Shown: positions 1-13,527 of the stretch, one piece after another
Numbering within the stretch: the stretch's first letter is position 1
How the letters are laid out: every line of letters starts with the position of its first letter
Notes under the pieces: generated by a model
What the model was told of the DNA's origin: nothing
The model's database searches: none
The model's input: only the letters and a program-made list of their open reading frames with translations
Program-made: the position numbers and the translations under genes
Origin: Paraphysomonas bandaiensis
Lineage: Eukaryota > Protista > Chrysophyceae
DNA length: 64,000 nucleotides
Direction: 5' to 3'
NCBI GenBank assembly: GCA_965644295.1
Contig: CBFFRP010000281.1
Span: forward strand, 186,001 to 250,000

Positions 1-2199
1 GGACGTAAAATAAACCATGTTTAGAATCTCCACCAAGAGTTTTTTTCCCCAGATTGCCACATATCAGCTCTCCTTCTTTGAAGCAAGCATACCCATCGAG
101 GTGGCAGAAATGTTCGCCATCAGTGTAGAACTTCTCTTTAGACACCACATTTACCATAGTCTTCACAGAGGCGTTCGGCCGAACCAGTACCGATATAACT
201 TGCTTTCCTGTCCACAGCCTTCTCGGCTTCCATATTGCTGGCGGCGGCATGTCAATGTGCTCGTTGGCGTCAGAGAGGTGGGCTATCATCTGAGCGAACT
301 GTTCCTTGGTAAAAAAAACGTCCTTGCGGGTGATCAGGTGAGCTCCAGTGAGAAAGTCTTGGGTCGCTGCAACCAAGGGCTCGCCGTTACGAGGAGTAAT
401 GAGGTTGTTCTGGATATTCATCAGTTCTGCTGCCTCAGCCTTAGCTTCCTCTGTTTGTGGAAGGTGTAAATTCATCTCATCTCCATCAAAATCGGCATTG
501 TATGGCGTACATGCACACTCATTGAATCTGTACACGAATACAAGTAGAATATGTAAGTTTTATGATTTAATGGCCATATTAAACTTACCTAAAAGTACGC
601 CAAGGTACTACTTTTACTCTGTGAGACATGATTGACATCTTGTGCAGCGAAGGTTGTCGATTGAATAGCACAACATCTCCATCATCCATGTGTCTCTCAA
701 CGATGTCACCTATGCGCAGGCTTGCAGCGACCTGATTTCTATCTCCGAAGGCCAAAGATTTAACCATTCCGTTAGAAAGTCGCAGCATATTTGCTCCTGG
801 GTGCACGTCGGGGCCATTCACTATCCGCTGTCGTAACTTCTCAATGTTGTACCGGTTCACCTTTTCTGGATAAGTCATCACTTTAGCTACCAGCTGTGGA
901 ACTCCAATTTCTTCAACCTTCCTATTTGGATCCGGGGATATAACAGTACGTCCTGAGAAATCAACTCTTTTTCCGGAAAGATTTCCTCTAAAGCGGCCCT
1001 GCTTTCCCTTGAGTCGCTGACAGAGGCCTCGTATGGGCTTTGGTCCGGCCAGTAGTCGCGGTATGCCAGGTACTTCTCCATTGACAAACTGGGCAACTTG
1101 AATCTGCAGAAACTCCCAGTCTTCGATGATCATCTTTATTGTGGCACCGTTCCGCAGGGCCAATTTGAGGGCATTATTAACATCTATAATCTCCTGTAGT
1201 TTCACCGTGAGGTCGTCCTCGTTACTGCCTCCCCCGACATCCATTGGAACTGATGGTCTGATGGGTACAGGGGGCACGGGAATCGACCAGGTGATAAGAG
1301 TTTCAGGTCGGCTGTAGGCCGGACCAGTCCAGAGCAAAATAGCATCCTCATCAGATATGCAGGAAAAGAGCTCATAGGCACGAGTCGGTGTCAGCAGCTC
1401 CTGCATAAATATAAGACACTCGTAATAACAACAGCGAAGTCGTATATACCGTATGCTTGATGTTAACTCCTTGTAACTCAGGATTAGCTCGACCTATATC
1501 CTCCATCATTGAGCGAAATCTGTCTTCTTGGTCTTCTGCTTGCTTAGCCCTAAATACTTCATGCACAATCTTGAAAAACGACCCTGACATCTTCTTCACA
1601 ACTCCTACATAATACCGACAAGTACAGATTATTGCAGAAAATTACAAGTGAGGAGCAAATACCATTTGCATAGCCGCAATGGGGGCACCTCGAAGCTTTC
1701 TTGCAAATGTCTGTAATTCGCTTGGATAGCAAAGACTTGGCAAAAGCATCCGACTTGGGGCTAGTCATTTTATTGAGGTATGATTTTCTGTCACTGATCG
1801 GAAGCAGCACACGACTACAGTTTTTGCATATACACTGAAGTAACTGAAGAGTATGTCTAAAATATCCCGCATGGAATACAGGAAGTTCTAGTTGAACATA
1901 TCCAAAATGTCCTGCACAATCACTCATCTTCTTCCTATATACATACATATAAGTATGACTGTATTGATAATATCCTTCACAAACCTGCATGTTTGACAAG
2001 TAGAGATCTTATCACTAATACCCATACGCATATCTAAACATCCATATGATGCTGGTGTACGTTGTGGCATTTTATATAATTCTCTACTACTAACTTGCAT
2101 TTCAGCAAATTTTTGTATTTCATCTTTAGTAAGTGTACCAAATTGTATTTTAGTAATACGTTTAGGTGCATTAGAATGTTCTACAGTTGTTTTATTCAT
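1..2199 (-). CDS. RPC1: RNA polymerase III largest subunit, 5' part (gene runs off the window start); introns ~1935-1984, 1605-1662, 1401-1449, 528-588
   Basis: Motifs C..CxGHFGYVQLELPVFHAGYF, QRLKGKQGRFRGNLSGKRVDFSGRTVISPDPN, FNRQPSLHKMSIM and catalytic YNADFDGDEMN. Pol III-type residues (GYF, GGSNEDDLT). GT-AG introns rejoin the frames. Confidence 0.95.
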
Positions 2200-2546
2200 G
2201 ATATTCTATGTATTCATATAATTGATATGTTAAGGTGTGGGTATGTATATGTATGAGGAGATGATGTGTCCATGCAGAGACATTCATTGCAGAGATGGAT
2301 GTATATACACACACAATCCATACATACATACATCTCATATACAGTACCCCATATATGTAGACTACATAGTATGTATACAGAGTGCATACGAGTGTATCTA
2401 TAGTGTTTTATATAGAGACAGTGGTGTCTATTATGGACCATACATAAATAATACACTGGAGTATATATAGAATACATTCCGCTGTGGTGCGGTGCTATCT
2501 ATGTACAGCAGCACCCTATCACACGACTACCATATTCGTACATCAG

Positions 2547-2719
2547 ATCCCATATTGGGGATTTTTGAAGGGAAGATAGGATTGATAATGTATAGAATAT
2601 GTGTAGGAATTTCTATAGGAAGAGATACATAGTGACTAATATATCCCATATTGGGGATGGTGAGTAGCATATGTACAAATGTATGTATAGGAGTGGATAA
2701 TATATCCCATATTGGGGAT
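2547..2719. promoter_or_regulatory. Three copies of the near-palindrome ATCCCATATTGGGGAT in the RPC1/PA200 divergent promoter
   Basis: Exact 16-mers at 2547, 2643 and 2704. Confidence 0.5.
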
Positions 2720-2825
2720 ATATAGTGTGCAATAGTATTTGTATAATAAGAAGCTCCTATCACATCATTCAACTTAAATAAACAACCATTAAAGATAAGA
2801 TTTTATTAGATTATTAATAAGAATT

Positions 2826-5800
2826 ATGCATCCAATTAATTCTTTACTTCCTATAATTGAAAAAGATGGTTTAAATGTGAATGATAATGATAATTGGCAA
2901 GCTATTGTGGATTGTTTACTGGAGTTAGATAAAGAGCATGATGTATGTGATATACTCCAATATAATGAAGATATTATAATTTAATATAGGTTGTCGATGC
3001 AAGAATTATTGGAAGATGTATACGTTTAATGGAAACAAGACTGAATATGAAGTATATCTGTAATGTAAGTTGATTATATATATACAGTATGTATCAATAG
3101 GCTTATATTAATATATTGAATTCAATTTAGGCTGAAAAGTTATCACATTTTACAGCATCTATCATTCGTATTTATTTGACCAAGAGAGTATCGATTCCTA
3201 TGAAGATCAAGACACTCACATTACTAACTCGGCTGTTGAAGTATCGTAAGTACGGTTTGAATATAGAAATCGCGTGGAAGCCATTTTGGGATGAAGCGTT
3301 CGGCATATGTTCTAGATCATCGAAAGATAAATCTATTGCTTGTGAGGTGTTGAATTCTCGCCTCTTTGAGAGTTTGATTCACTTCTTGCACGAGGCGCGG
3401 TGCTATTTTAATGCGGAAGATGCTGTTGCAGTTTTAAATGAGGGCATGAGTAATCTCCAAGATCTCCGGAACCCTCTCTGTTTCTTCGGTGTTGAGCTCC
3501 TTGTCCTTTGTTTACCCACAAAGTACGCCCACTACGACGAAGTAGTGCCCAAGTGGGTCGAGCTTCTGTCTAGCATAAATGATAATGATGCATGGGACTG
3601 CTGTTGGCTAACACTTCTCTGCCGTGCCCGAAAGTACACCGTTGATTTTAATTGGTCCTCCATTATGCCTCAGATATACGTTAAAGTTAAGGAGCTTCTT
3701 CAGTTTCCTGTATCTAATGGGAAGTAAGTATTGCGTACATATTCACTTTTTCTTTGGTGTAATGTGATGATGCAGGGGACACAGGACAAATGGATACCCG
3801 AATACTTTCCCGCCTTACATTGCTGCCCTCAGGGTTTCTCCCATGGATTACCGCAAAAGTGCACTAAAAAAAATAAGCAAACTGCTCTATATGTCGTGTT
3901 GCACAGGAGAAATTGTAACGGCTTCCCCGTGCACCATTACACCCCCTGGCCCCGCCAAGGATATCCCGGTGGTTGGGATGAATACGCCAGCCCAAGTCCA
4001 TGTTGGGGCCAGAGCTCTTATTGAATTTCTGCAATTCAATAGAACCTACTTTTACCCTTCCAATGTGGGCCACTGGACAGCAGATGTTGGATATCTTATG
4101 CTCTCCCTCACCACTGAGATGGGACAACACCTGGGACAGTCTCTTCTGCGATCCTCTCACTTTCGTGATGCTCTTAGTCACCCTTCCGAGGCAGTTGATC
4201 TGAACACGCGAGATTGCCATACTATGCCTGTCCTACATACTACTACCATTAGGTTTCTCTGTGGGGCTCTGACATCTCTTGTTCTTGAAGGTCTCTACGG
4301 CAAGTCTCAATTCATGATTCAGGTATGGAGGAATGCTGCGACTGTAATTATGGCATCAACTAATGCATTGTTGTACAGGCCTGCCACTTCTGCTTGAGGA
4401 ATATTTGTGCCATAGATTCATCTCTGGGAGTGATCATAATGCCGTTTTTGCTTTCTGCACTTCATCCAGATGCAGTCAATCGTAGCCATATGGCCCCTGC
4501 CTCTATGATGGCTATAGGCCACATATTTAAGCCACTTTTATACCCTGAACCGGTTGTATTGCCATACATGGAGGAGTTGTTGTCACTATCATTGGCTGGT
4601 ATCGATGCCAACGATACCCAAAAGACTTTTACCACTTTGGCAATGTACAACTCCATCTTCTCTTGGATAACTCCTTCTAGTGTGCAGGCAGACCTGACAG
4701 ATGACCTTCTCTCCTCTCAGCCGCATTCGACTGAGCCAGGGCAGACCATTGTGCCCCCACCGTACCTCACGCTGTTGGAGGGTGGAGATAATATACAGGG
4801 CAATAATGGTGGTGTTCATCAGAGCCACTTTCACAATTTTGTTGCCCCTGTGATTGCGACCTGGGCACCCAAGTTTGTAGAGAAAATTTTCACATTGTTG
4901 GATGCCAAGGAGAAATTGCAACAGGGAAGTGGTGTAAAACAGGAATCACAATTGGTACCCTATATCGAGGAGGCATTTTTTGTCGTGGTGTCTACTCTCA
5001 GCGATAATATTCGTTTAAGTGTTCTACAGATGGTGATTGAATTTACCTCAACGTCTAATGCCTCGAATGCCGCAAAAGAGCTCGGGAAACTCTTTGAGTC
5101 ATTGATAGCAGTACAACCGACTCTACTCACACCGGCTCTTGATGGGTTGCTAGATAGAGATATGATTACCTCATCATGTTCAGCAGATAAGCTTGCCCTA
5201 CGAATACGTTTAGTAGGAGCCTGTATTCGCCGGGCAGGTGGGGAGCGCATCCAGTCCCACATGGATCGCATTCAGTTTTGTCTTAAGGATGAGTTCAAGC
5301 ACCACTCGGAGAAGTCTGTAAGAAAAGCTGTATGCAAGTTGCTGAAGGACCTTCTCAAAGGGTTATCCTCATTTTACCTCAGTATTCCTGAAACAAAAAG
5401 TGCTTTTTCTATAGGGGCACTAGGCAACCCAAATTACGCAGAAAACTTAGAGGTAATACTTAGCAGTGCTATGCCAATTGCGTAACTGCTTTCACACAGG
5501 TGTCATGGCATATACCTTCAACGTCATCGTCAGCAGCAGCCGTATCCTTATTACGCACACATACATGCGCAGCAATGAATGACGTGGAAGCATCTCTGGG
5601 TGAAGGAATGTTAGCTAGACATCAGGAGAGTGACAATGGTCAAGACTCCCAACCGCTGAAGCGGGTTGAAGAGCGAATTGTCACTCTGCTGCATATTGTT
5701 CGCAGAAGCGTTCGTGGGTGCGCTGAATTGTTCGGTGATGAATCGTCGCCTGAGACCGAAATAATTGCAGATTTAGATGACACTAGCGACGAAAGTAATT

Positions 5801-8800
5801 ATTCAGAGAGAGTACAGCAGCGCCTTGTAGATACAGGTCGTCGTAAAGTGCTAGAATCAATGTCAGACACTGACAGGGACTTCCTTCAAAGCTTTCGGTG
5901 CAATGTTGTAAAGTTTTTAAACAGAATTCACCGCTCTATTGATTTATGTGGCACTTCCACATCTTTAGCTATTGATGAAAAGGAAAGTTGTACCGCAGCA
6001 TCTGCGTTTGCGAATAACTCTTCTATTCGGAGCGTTTGGGTTAAGATACTAAAAGTGGCAACTCTGCAACGTATGGCTGTGTTGAAAAATATTGATCAAG
6101 TTAAAAAGTGGTTTTCGGTTTCGAAGCGAATGTCTAAGAGTGCCACAGTTCAGTACCTCGAGCGGAAACTCAAACGTCTGCAGTATATTGGTGTACAGTT
6201 CGCCGCTTGCGATGATACGACTTGGATGCAGTCTATTGGGTCTGTGGAGTACTGGCTGGGTCATGATTTAGCCCCGCGAGCTGTTTCGGACCGGGCATGG
6301 ATACAGCACATCATTAGGCAGAAGGAATTATCTTTTATGGCAACATTTCAAGAACAACAAAAGCTTGGACTGAAGTCTCCATATGTGGTGGCCCTCTACA
6401 ATCACGTCGAGCTATGTGGGCATGAATACGACGCAATTCGGTCTAAGTCGCAAAAGATATTCAGAGAGGTCTCTTCTCGCTTTGGCTTTAGCATTGAAAA
6501 GGTTGTACGCATGTTGTTAGCACGCATTTCCACTCCTGGCACTTCATTTGCCTCTGTTTCTGGAGCGTTGAGTATCCTTAGTTTAGACCTCGTAATGAAG
6601 AGAATCGCAGCGAAGTGGGCGCTATGTAGACAGTTCTTGAAGTGTGTTCGCTCTTTTCCGTTAATGCTTGCTTCCATCACCGAAGCTGATAAATGCGAAA
6701 AGTTATCGAATAAGCTCAGTTCGGTGTTTGTAAAGTACTTGTCGCATTGGCATCACATGCCCCTGCGACCGTGGATTGGTGAGGCTAAATCGCCTGCTAC
6801 CGAGATGCTCATTTCATTTCTAGCCGACTTTGGGGTACGCAATGGTGAGGACCATTCTGTCAATGGAACTGTTGGTATAGATTCTAATGCTTCGAATTCT
6901 GGGAGTGGCATTAGACACCATATGCTTCTTGCCTCAACGATACTCCATCTGATTGGTCATGAGGATATAGCGCTACCACTAGGTGTGTGGGAATGGTGTT
7001 TGACTACTATCAGCTCTGCACATGGACAGCCTATTCAGATGGTAGCCTTGAGCGCACTAACTAAGCTTTCGTTTCTGCAGTATGGTGAAAGGTCAAATCT
7101 TGACCCTGGTGTTGGGACAGCCATACGGTCAACACTGTCGGGAGAGGCATGTGTGGAGTTTCTTCATGGTATATCCCACCACCGCAGTGGCAACGCCAGT
7201 CAAGGCAATGCACAATGGTCTAAAGGCATCGACTCAATGCTACGGAACTCGGATTATGTTCGCAATGTCCTGTCTCGAATTGACACTGTGGGTGGCGAGA
7301 TACAGACATTCTCTGGTGTGTTTCGCAATACCAATGCCGCGCTAATAATGCAGCTGGCGTACACACTTTTCCCTGCAGGGGATATTGATACCAAAGTGCT
7401 ACTCTCTGTTCTGGCTGCATCTAAAGACATCCCCAGTTCAAATGAAGAGGAAACGCGGGCGGCGAATGCCACTCGTGCTGAAGTTTTTTCTGGGATATGC
7501 CGTTTCCTTCTATCGGCGGAGAAATCCGGCTGTCCAGGCTCGAAAACAGCATCCGTGTGGTCTGAAGTTGTAAATTTTTTTGCTGACAACGTACAACGTG
7601 TTTCGATGGACTATTGCAATGACTGGGCCGATGCTACTGTGTTCGCTTTTGCAAGCTTTCCGAACTCTCCCACCAATCCTATTTGTGCGCATATTATATC
7701 TAATGTAAGCAGCATGATGACCAGTGATCGGAGTGGTGAGGACCCAGCGGAGATGATAAATGCAGTCAATTCGGCTGGAAGTGGTTTTGCCAAGCACGCC
7801 AAGAATATTTTGCTGGCCAGGGCACTTCTACTCACAGATATCCTGGCCGTATCTTCTCCTTATCCCCCAAGTACTTCAATGGTTATGGATAAACCTGCAT
7901 CGCGAGTGTCTGATATTGGGTGCGCTATTTTGAAAGTATTTCGGGACAGTTGTAGCAGTAATAGGCACGTGTTCGCATCTCCATACTTGGTTCTACGTGT
8001 TGAAGTGAGTAAGCTGTTGGCGAAGTTGACTGAATGTGATAATGCAACTGTGGATATGGATGGAGTCGCGACTAAAGTATTGGTTGATTGCTCACGACCG
8101 TACACACAGAAAGGCACTCCAGTTGGTACTGAAACAACGGATGCTCTGAATGATTCTAGTGATGTGATAGCGCCACAAGAAGAAGCTGATGACAAATGGA
8201 AACTTTCTTGTGATACGGCGTGTCGCTGGCTTGGAGTTCTTCTTGAAACAACTATGGTGTCTAGGTATGATAGAATTACCTGCGTGTTGCTCAATGCCGC
8301 GATAGAGGGCTGTGGCCACTCGGAGGTCGAATTCTCCAAGTCATGTCACCGGATGTGCTTGCAAACCGCACAGACAGTGAAGTATGGTATTCGTACCTGC
8401 CGACCTGATAATGATTCGGGAAGTGATTGCCTATTCGGTATCCTGACAGCATTTCTTTCTCATGCATCCCATTCATCAATTCATGTGCGCGAGACAGTGA
8501 TTTTGTGTCTAGGAATTCTGCTGTCGAATAACTACCCCGTTATGACGGTACCAGAGAAGAAAATGTGCAAGGATGCCTTTGCAGAGGGCTTTCATGACCC
8601 TAAGCCTGAAGTACAAGTTCTCAGTGTTGCTGCTATGACTACTTACCTCTGTACGAAGACCATAGATGATCTCAATGCACTGGCCGCATCATATATAAAA
8701 AACAGTGATATTCTGGCCGCCAGGTGAGTACTGTTTTGCCTTGTAATTTGTGTGTCACATTAGCGTAGGGAGCGCAAGAAGAGAAAACAAAACAAGGAAG

Positions 8801-9081
8801 GCGGGTCCAATGACAAACCAGAGAAGATATATGTGTCAACAATCAAGATGTCCGCCTGTATGATTCTTCTATTTCCATATGATTTGCCGGAGTATATGCC
8901 CGCTTTGCTGACATCATTTGTCAGGCACGCTACGACTCAATCGGTAAAAGAAACTGTCGTACGCACTATCCAGGACTTCAAACGAACTCATCAAGATCGG
9001 TGGGACGAATTCAAGTTGCATTTCTCCCACGATCAGCTGGATGATTTACAAGGTGCTGGCGCTGCTCATTACTTTTCTTAA
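2826..9081 (+). CDS. PSME4: Proteasome activator PA200/Blm10 (PSME4-like), multi-exon
   Basis: Large helical-repeat protein with LAGIDANDTQKT, YFYPSNVGHW, FPYDLPEYMP, DFKRTHQDRW and a C-terminal HYFS* HbYX-like tail. The ORFs join through ~45-65 nt GT-AG introns. The start at 2826 is inferred. Confidence 0.88.
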
Positions 9082-9212
9082 GCTAGAGTTAGTTTTCTTG
9101 GTTGTCAAATTTAGTTTTATCAACTGTAAATCTCTACTTGTCTGACGTTTTTGAGAAGTATGCATAACATATGCAATTCTTTAATTAAGTGAGCTCTACC
9201 GATAACGTCCTG

Positions 9213-9627
9213 ATATGTTTAATGTTAGTGGTGCAATGCTAGGTATCTAGGTATTGCGACACTACTGTACCAGCGTAATGGAAGCACTCCTATTAGAATA
9301 TGGATCTTATTCTAGTATATTCAGTATGTGAAGAATGTGCAAGAATACAGTGAAATATAGTGATGTATAAATGCTGTGATGATATTGAGAAACTGAAATA
9401 GTTTGATCTTTCAAGATATGTTCAGTAACGAGAGGTTCGCATATGTAGGGTATTATGCGTGGATCAAAATGAGTTAGTGTTGTTTATCACAACTTCGTGT
9501 AAACGTTTTTAATAAATCTATGTAGTCTTACGACAAATTCTCTCTGTGATCTAGCTTAAAATGAGTCTGTGCATTTGACGGATATTTAGAATACTAAGTA
9601 GTTAGTAATCATGTAGTCATAGATATG
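9213..9627. repeat. Dispersed repeat, block order A-C-B; homologous to 20163-20889 (A-B-...-C)
   Basis: 9213-9290 matches 20163-20235, 9291-9565 matches 20609-20889, and 9566-9627 matches 20240-20301. Confidence 0.85.
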
Positions 9628-9774
9628 CAAGGTACGATATGAGTATTAAGGTCAAAACGAAACAGCGGCTTGCAGATTAAGTTACCAGTTAGATTTAGGG
9701 AAATTGATTGGCACTAGTAATTATATAGATATAAGCATTCCTGCGATATAGGTCCGCAATATATATATAATATA

Positions 9775-10275
9775 AGAATATCTGATTATTACATGAGAAC
9801 AGTTGCGTATAGTTTTACATCTATAGACTAACTAATAACTCGACTTGCTATATACTGCTAGTGGCGGACAACTGTCTCGGGACTGCTTGTGCATCGCTGC
9901 GAGCACCATGGTGCAACCGTCTCTTGTAGTGAGGTTAGTCGGAGGGTCTGCCTTTGGGCAGTGTGTCTGGCGGGCCTGTATCATGAGTTTTACGGGAATG
10001 GTTGGGGCTAGATGTATATGAGAGTGTAAGTCGGTGGTGTAGATGGTGCTGGTTGTCGAGTTGGGATTTCGACCACAAGTAAGGAGGAGTTGTTTCCGGA
10101 GTGGTGGCACTTGTCTTTGTCGGGTTCGGACTCCTGCAGAGGATAGAATTCTTGGGGTGGATGTCGCTTGGAGTAGTTGGAGTATTTTTGGTGTCGGGTG
10201 AGTATCCTGTGACTGGCGTTGCTGTGAGTGTTGTGGTGGTGTTACTGATGCCTGTGTTGTGATGTCTGAGACCAT
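9775..10275 (-). mobile_element. 5'-truncated non-LTR (LINE) 3' end, subfamily B
   Basis: Encodes ...GPPDTLPKGRPSD*, then the conserved hairpin core (9883-9918) and terminal TAATAATCAGAT. Homologous to 43970-44490. Confidence 0.65.
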
Positions 10276-10370
10276 ATATATAAAATATATATAATATTTA
10301 ATATATATCATCATTAATCATTGTTCTCATATAGTACTCAAAATAGTGCTATCTCTTTGTCCTTTTCTGT

Positions 10371-11039
10371 TAGTAGTGAATGTTTATTTTTAGCAATAGA
10401 GGCGTGTTGAAGAGCCAATGATGCTTAACTCTGATATCCTACTATCAGAGAGCCAATACTACGAAAGCTGATTGTGCGTCACCGCAAGCACCAAGGTGCA
10501 ACCAGCATCCCAATACCCCGGTTGCCCCCTGACATGAGGTCGGGCCATTCCTGGATGCCTGTTTATTCGTCAAGGCCCAAATACGTCTAAAGTCGATGTG
10601 ATGCCCAAACCTTGTAAAGCAGTCGAAACCTGGTGAAATTTTGAAAATGTTGATTTAAGTTGAAGTTTTGCAATTAATAATGTAGTAGGTGTAAAGAGAA
10701 CATGTTTTTAGAGACATTTAATAAATTTTATATTAGTTACAGGTCAAAAAAGTTAATAATAATTGCGTTGACAACACACACTACTTGTAATTGTTTAAAC
10801 ATAACAACAACGTTACTTTTAGTATCTACTATCCACCAACAAAACCTGGTAAAATCACTTTACCAGGTTTGGGCATCACATCGACTTCTACACAAGTGAC
10901 ACTTATTTTAGTGTCCCTCTTGTACCACACAAGCATTAGGCTATATGAGTGGGCAGAAAGTATTTGCTGACTATATATATATATATATATGCTGCACATG
11001 TTAGTTTCCCGGATAAATATCTTCAAACTTATCCCCCAG
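10371..11039 (-). mobile_element. SINE-like element with a LINE-type 3' tail, interrupted by a MITE
   Basis: Tail ...AATAAACATTCACTACTA and hairpin core at 10467-10503. Body is homologous to 21075-21502 and 62896-63331. Confidence 0.6.
10590..10887. mobile_element. MITE, ~30-bp TIRs (AAGTCGATGTGATGCCCAAACC...), 3-bp TSD CTA
   Basis: TIRs at both ends. The paralogous empty site at ~21340 reads GTCTACACAAG. Related lone left ends start at 11040 and 34328. Confidence 0.85.
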
Positions 11040-12084
11040 AAGTCGAGGTAATACCAAAACCTGGTAAAGCGATTTCACCAGGTTTAACAGGAAAAGTGAT
11101 TTATGAACGAGGAACAAGAAGTCTTTGTGGCAGTCCAGGTATAAGGACGGTTAGAGCACAACCCACTGTTCAATACAGCGGGCACAACTCCTCTGCAAAT
11201 TATTTTACTGTAATTTGTATCTGAGAAGTTAAAGATAAAGAAAAAGTTGCACTTATAGTTATTATTAGCAATATTTGTTGCGTTACAAGTTGGCCCTGCC
11301 ACTTGTGTTTTGTAATATCATATATACTCTCATATAGCTGCATATGCCTCTCTTGAGGTTGAATAGCCTGATTTTGAATACAATGCATATACATAAAGCT
11401 ATCTTCACTACTACTACTATTAGTACCTATGCTCGGAGACGACGCGGCAACATTACTAGCAGGTGGAGTATCATATAAGCAGGTGGAGGATCATCATTTT
11501 TCTCCTTATAGATCCAAGAACTGATTTCAAACATAAGCTCATAGAGGTCATTGTTATCATAAACTACCCTAATAATAGCTCGTTGTTATTATGATATTGC
11601 AATCTATTCGCCCCTCCTGTAATCAAGGAAAAATGATGATACTACTGTAATTAAAAAGTAAGTGTTTCTTATTAAATGCCAAACTTGTTTTGCCTATAAT
11701 CTATAGTGTATATAATATATACTATCTATATTATAATTAAATTATATAATAATATATTGATAACTATTTTAAACTTCTTATTGTTATACTGGCTTTTAAT
11801 AATTATTGGTATCCCCATTAGACCTGGATTGGGTTCAACAGAACACACATATTAGAACAGTCACTGCTATCAGCTATCCCAATTATGCAATTAGTTATTC
11901 AAGAGTCAGATGGATCTTTACGGTGCGAATAAGAACCGAGAGGTGCGCTCAATAATAAGAACTACGGAACAATACTTACTTCAAGTTTCCAAGATAGTTC
12001 AAGACTACACATATAATTTCGTATAGGTGGTTAGGAGCAGTGACATCCAGTTTTTATATTTATATATATATATAATGCGAAACA

Positions 12085-12312
12085 CTATATTATGAATTTT
12101 AATGTTAATCAGCGAGCACAAATTTCTTCATACGCCAAGCAAGCTACAAATTGCTATACAATCTAGATATTAGGTTTTCATAATCATTAGGATAAGCTAC
12201 AATTAACTAGGTTAAGGAGTATAGGCCCTTGCCCAAACTTAAATTTTGAAAATTTTATGCATGGGATAGATAGAAAGCCTCCTTATGGATTCCTTACTAC
12301 CCGTGGTTAGAT
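12085..12312. repeat. Repeat homologous to 13305-13527, centre of the palindrome deleted
   Basis: Shared GCTACAAAT.GCTATACAATCTA, GGATAAGCTACAATT, TAAGGAGTAT, GCCTCCTTAT and CCCGTGGTTA. Confidence 0.75.
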
Positions 12313-13410
12313 AAAACATAAAGCATAATACTCTTTTAGACTTATGAAGTTGTGATGATGCGACGTTACAGATAACGGCTCAGAGGAGGAGTATGAGTAG
12401 CACGCATTAGTTAACCATTAATAGGTTGCCTAGAGGGTTTGGTGCGAATTGTGTAACAATTTTCGTTTGGCGTCACAAATATGCGTTTGGATGTTGGAAT
12501 ACGTATGGTTCTCTAAGATAGTACTGTAGAATACGTTAAATACAATGTGAAAAATAGTAATACGTAGTCAATAGTCAAAAGTGCTATATAGCTATAACTG
12601 TGAAACTGAAGTATTATATCATGACGATTCAAGATACGGAAGTTGAGCAGTGGTTGACATGAACGAAATAATTTATCCCCATTTTGTCTCAAAAAAGGCT
12701 TTTTTTTGACCTGATTTGGGCTCAACAGGGCGCTCATAGCAGCACCGGGCAAATATAGACATTCAACTTCAATGTTCGGTTGAACAGAAGCTCACTTCTA
12801 TCTTCATTATGATAATGACAGTCGAACGTACGTGATTTCATTATAGTACACAATTATAGAGAAACCACAATCATGAGCGAAATACCAAGAGCAGATCATC
12901 TAACACTCCAGGTTATATTCCATCCTTCGATTGCTGTATAAGATCACAAGGATGTCAGTGCAAGTGATCTGTCTTCATATCCAGGACTTCGAAACAACTT
13001 CAAGAATATTACAGGAGAGTTTAAGTACCATATCTGATGCTATATAGGTGGTTAGGAGCAGTGGCACCCAGTTCTTTCAAGGTTGGAGCCATATCATGCT
13101 TCTCAGGATATTGTGTGTTTCGTATCATACACACATCTTTCGATCAGGTGCACTTGCAGAGGTAAAGCCTGCTGTATATAAATGTGATGATGATGCTAAT
13201 TAAGGCAATAAGAAGCCTCTCTTTCATCTTCAACTGTTTACATTTATCATCACACTTACAGTATACATATCATTCATTTGAAACTATATGAGTTCTCATT
13301 TGTGTTATTAATGTTAAGCAAGGAACATCTATTTCTTAATACCGCAAGCATGCTACAAATAGCTATACAATCTAATATTAACTTTTCAACGTCATGAGGA
13401 TAAGCTACAA

Positions 13411-13527
13411 TTTAACCTAGGGATAAGGAGTATCGTCCCTTGTCTAAATTTTAAAACTCGGGCTTTCGCCCTCGTTTCAAAATTTTGAGCGCGGGACGAT
13501 ATAGCCTCCTTATTGCCCGTGGTTAAA
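13411..13527. repeat. ~117-bp imperfect palindrome centred on CTCGGGCTTTCGCCCTCG
   Basis: Paired arms TTTAACC/GGTTAAA, ATAAGGAG/CTCCTTAT, TATCGTCCC/GGGACGATA, AAATTTT/AAAATTT and GGGC/GCCC. Confidence 0.8.

Noticed and set aside
17-469. This and the many other antisense or alternative-frame ORFs overlapping real genes
   Set aside because: They are shadows of the true coding frames and show no independent motifs.
9060-9081. PA200 ending HYFS rather than YYX as a novelty
   Set aside because: An aromatic penultimate residue is within the variation expected for this tail.
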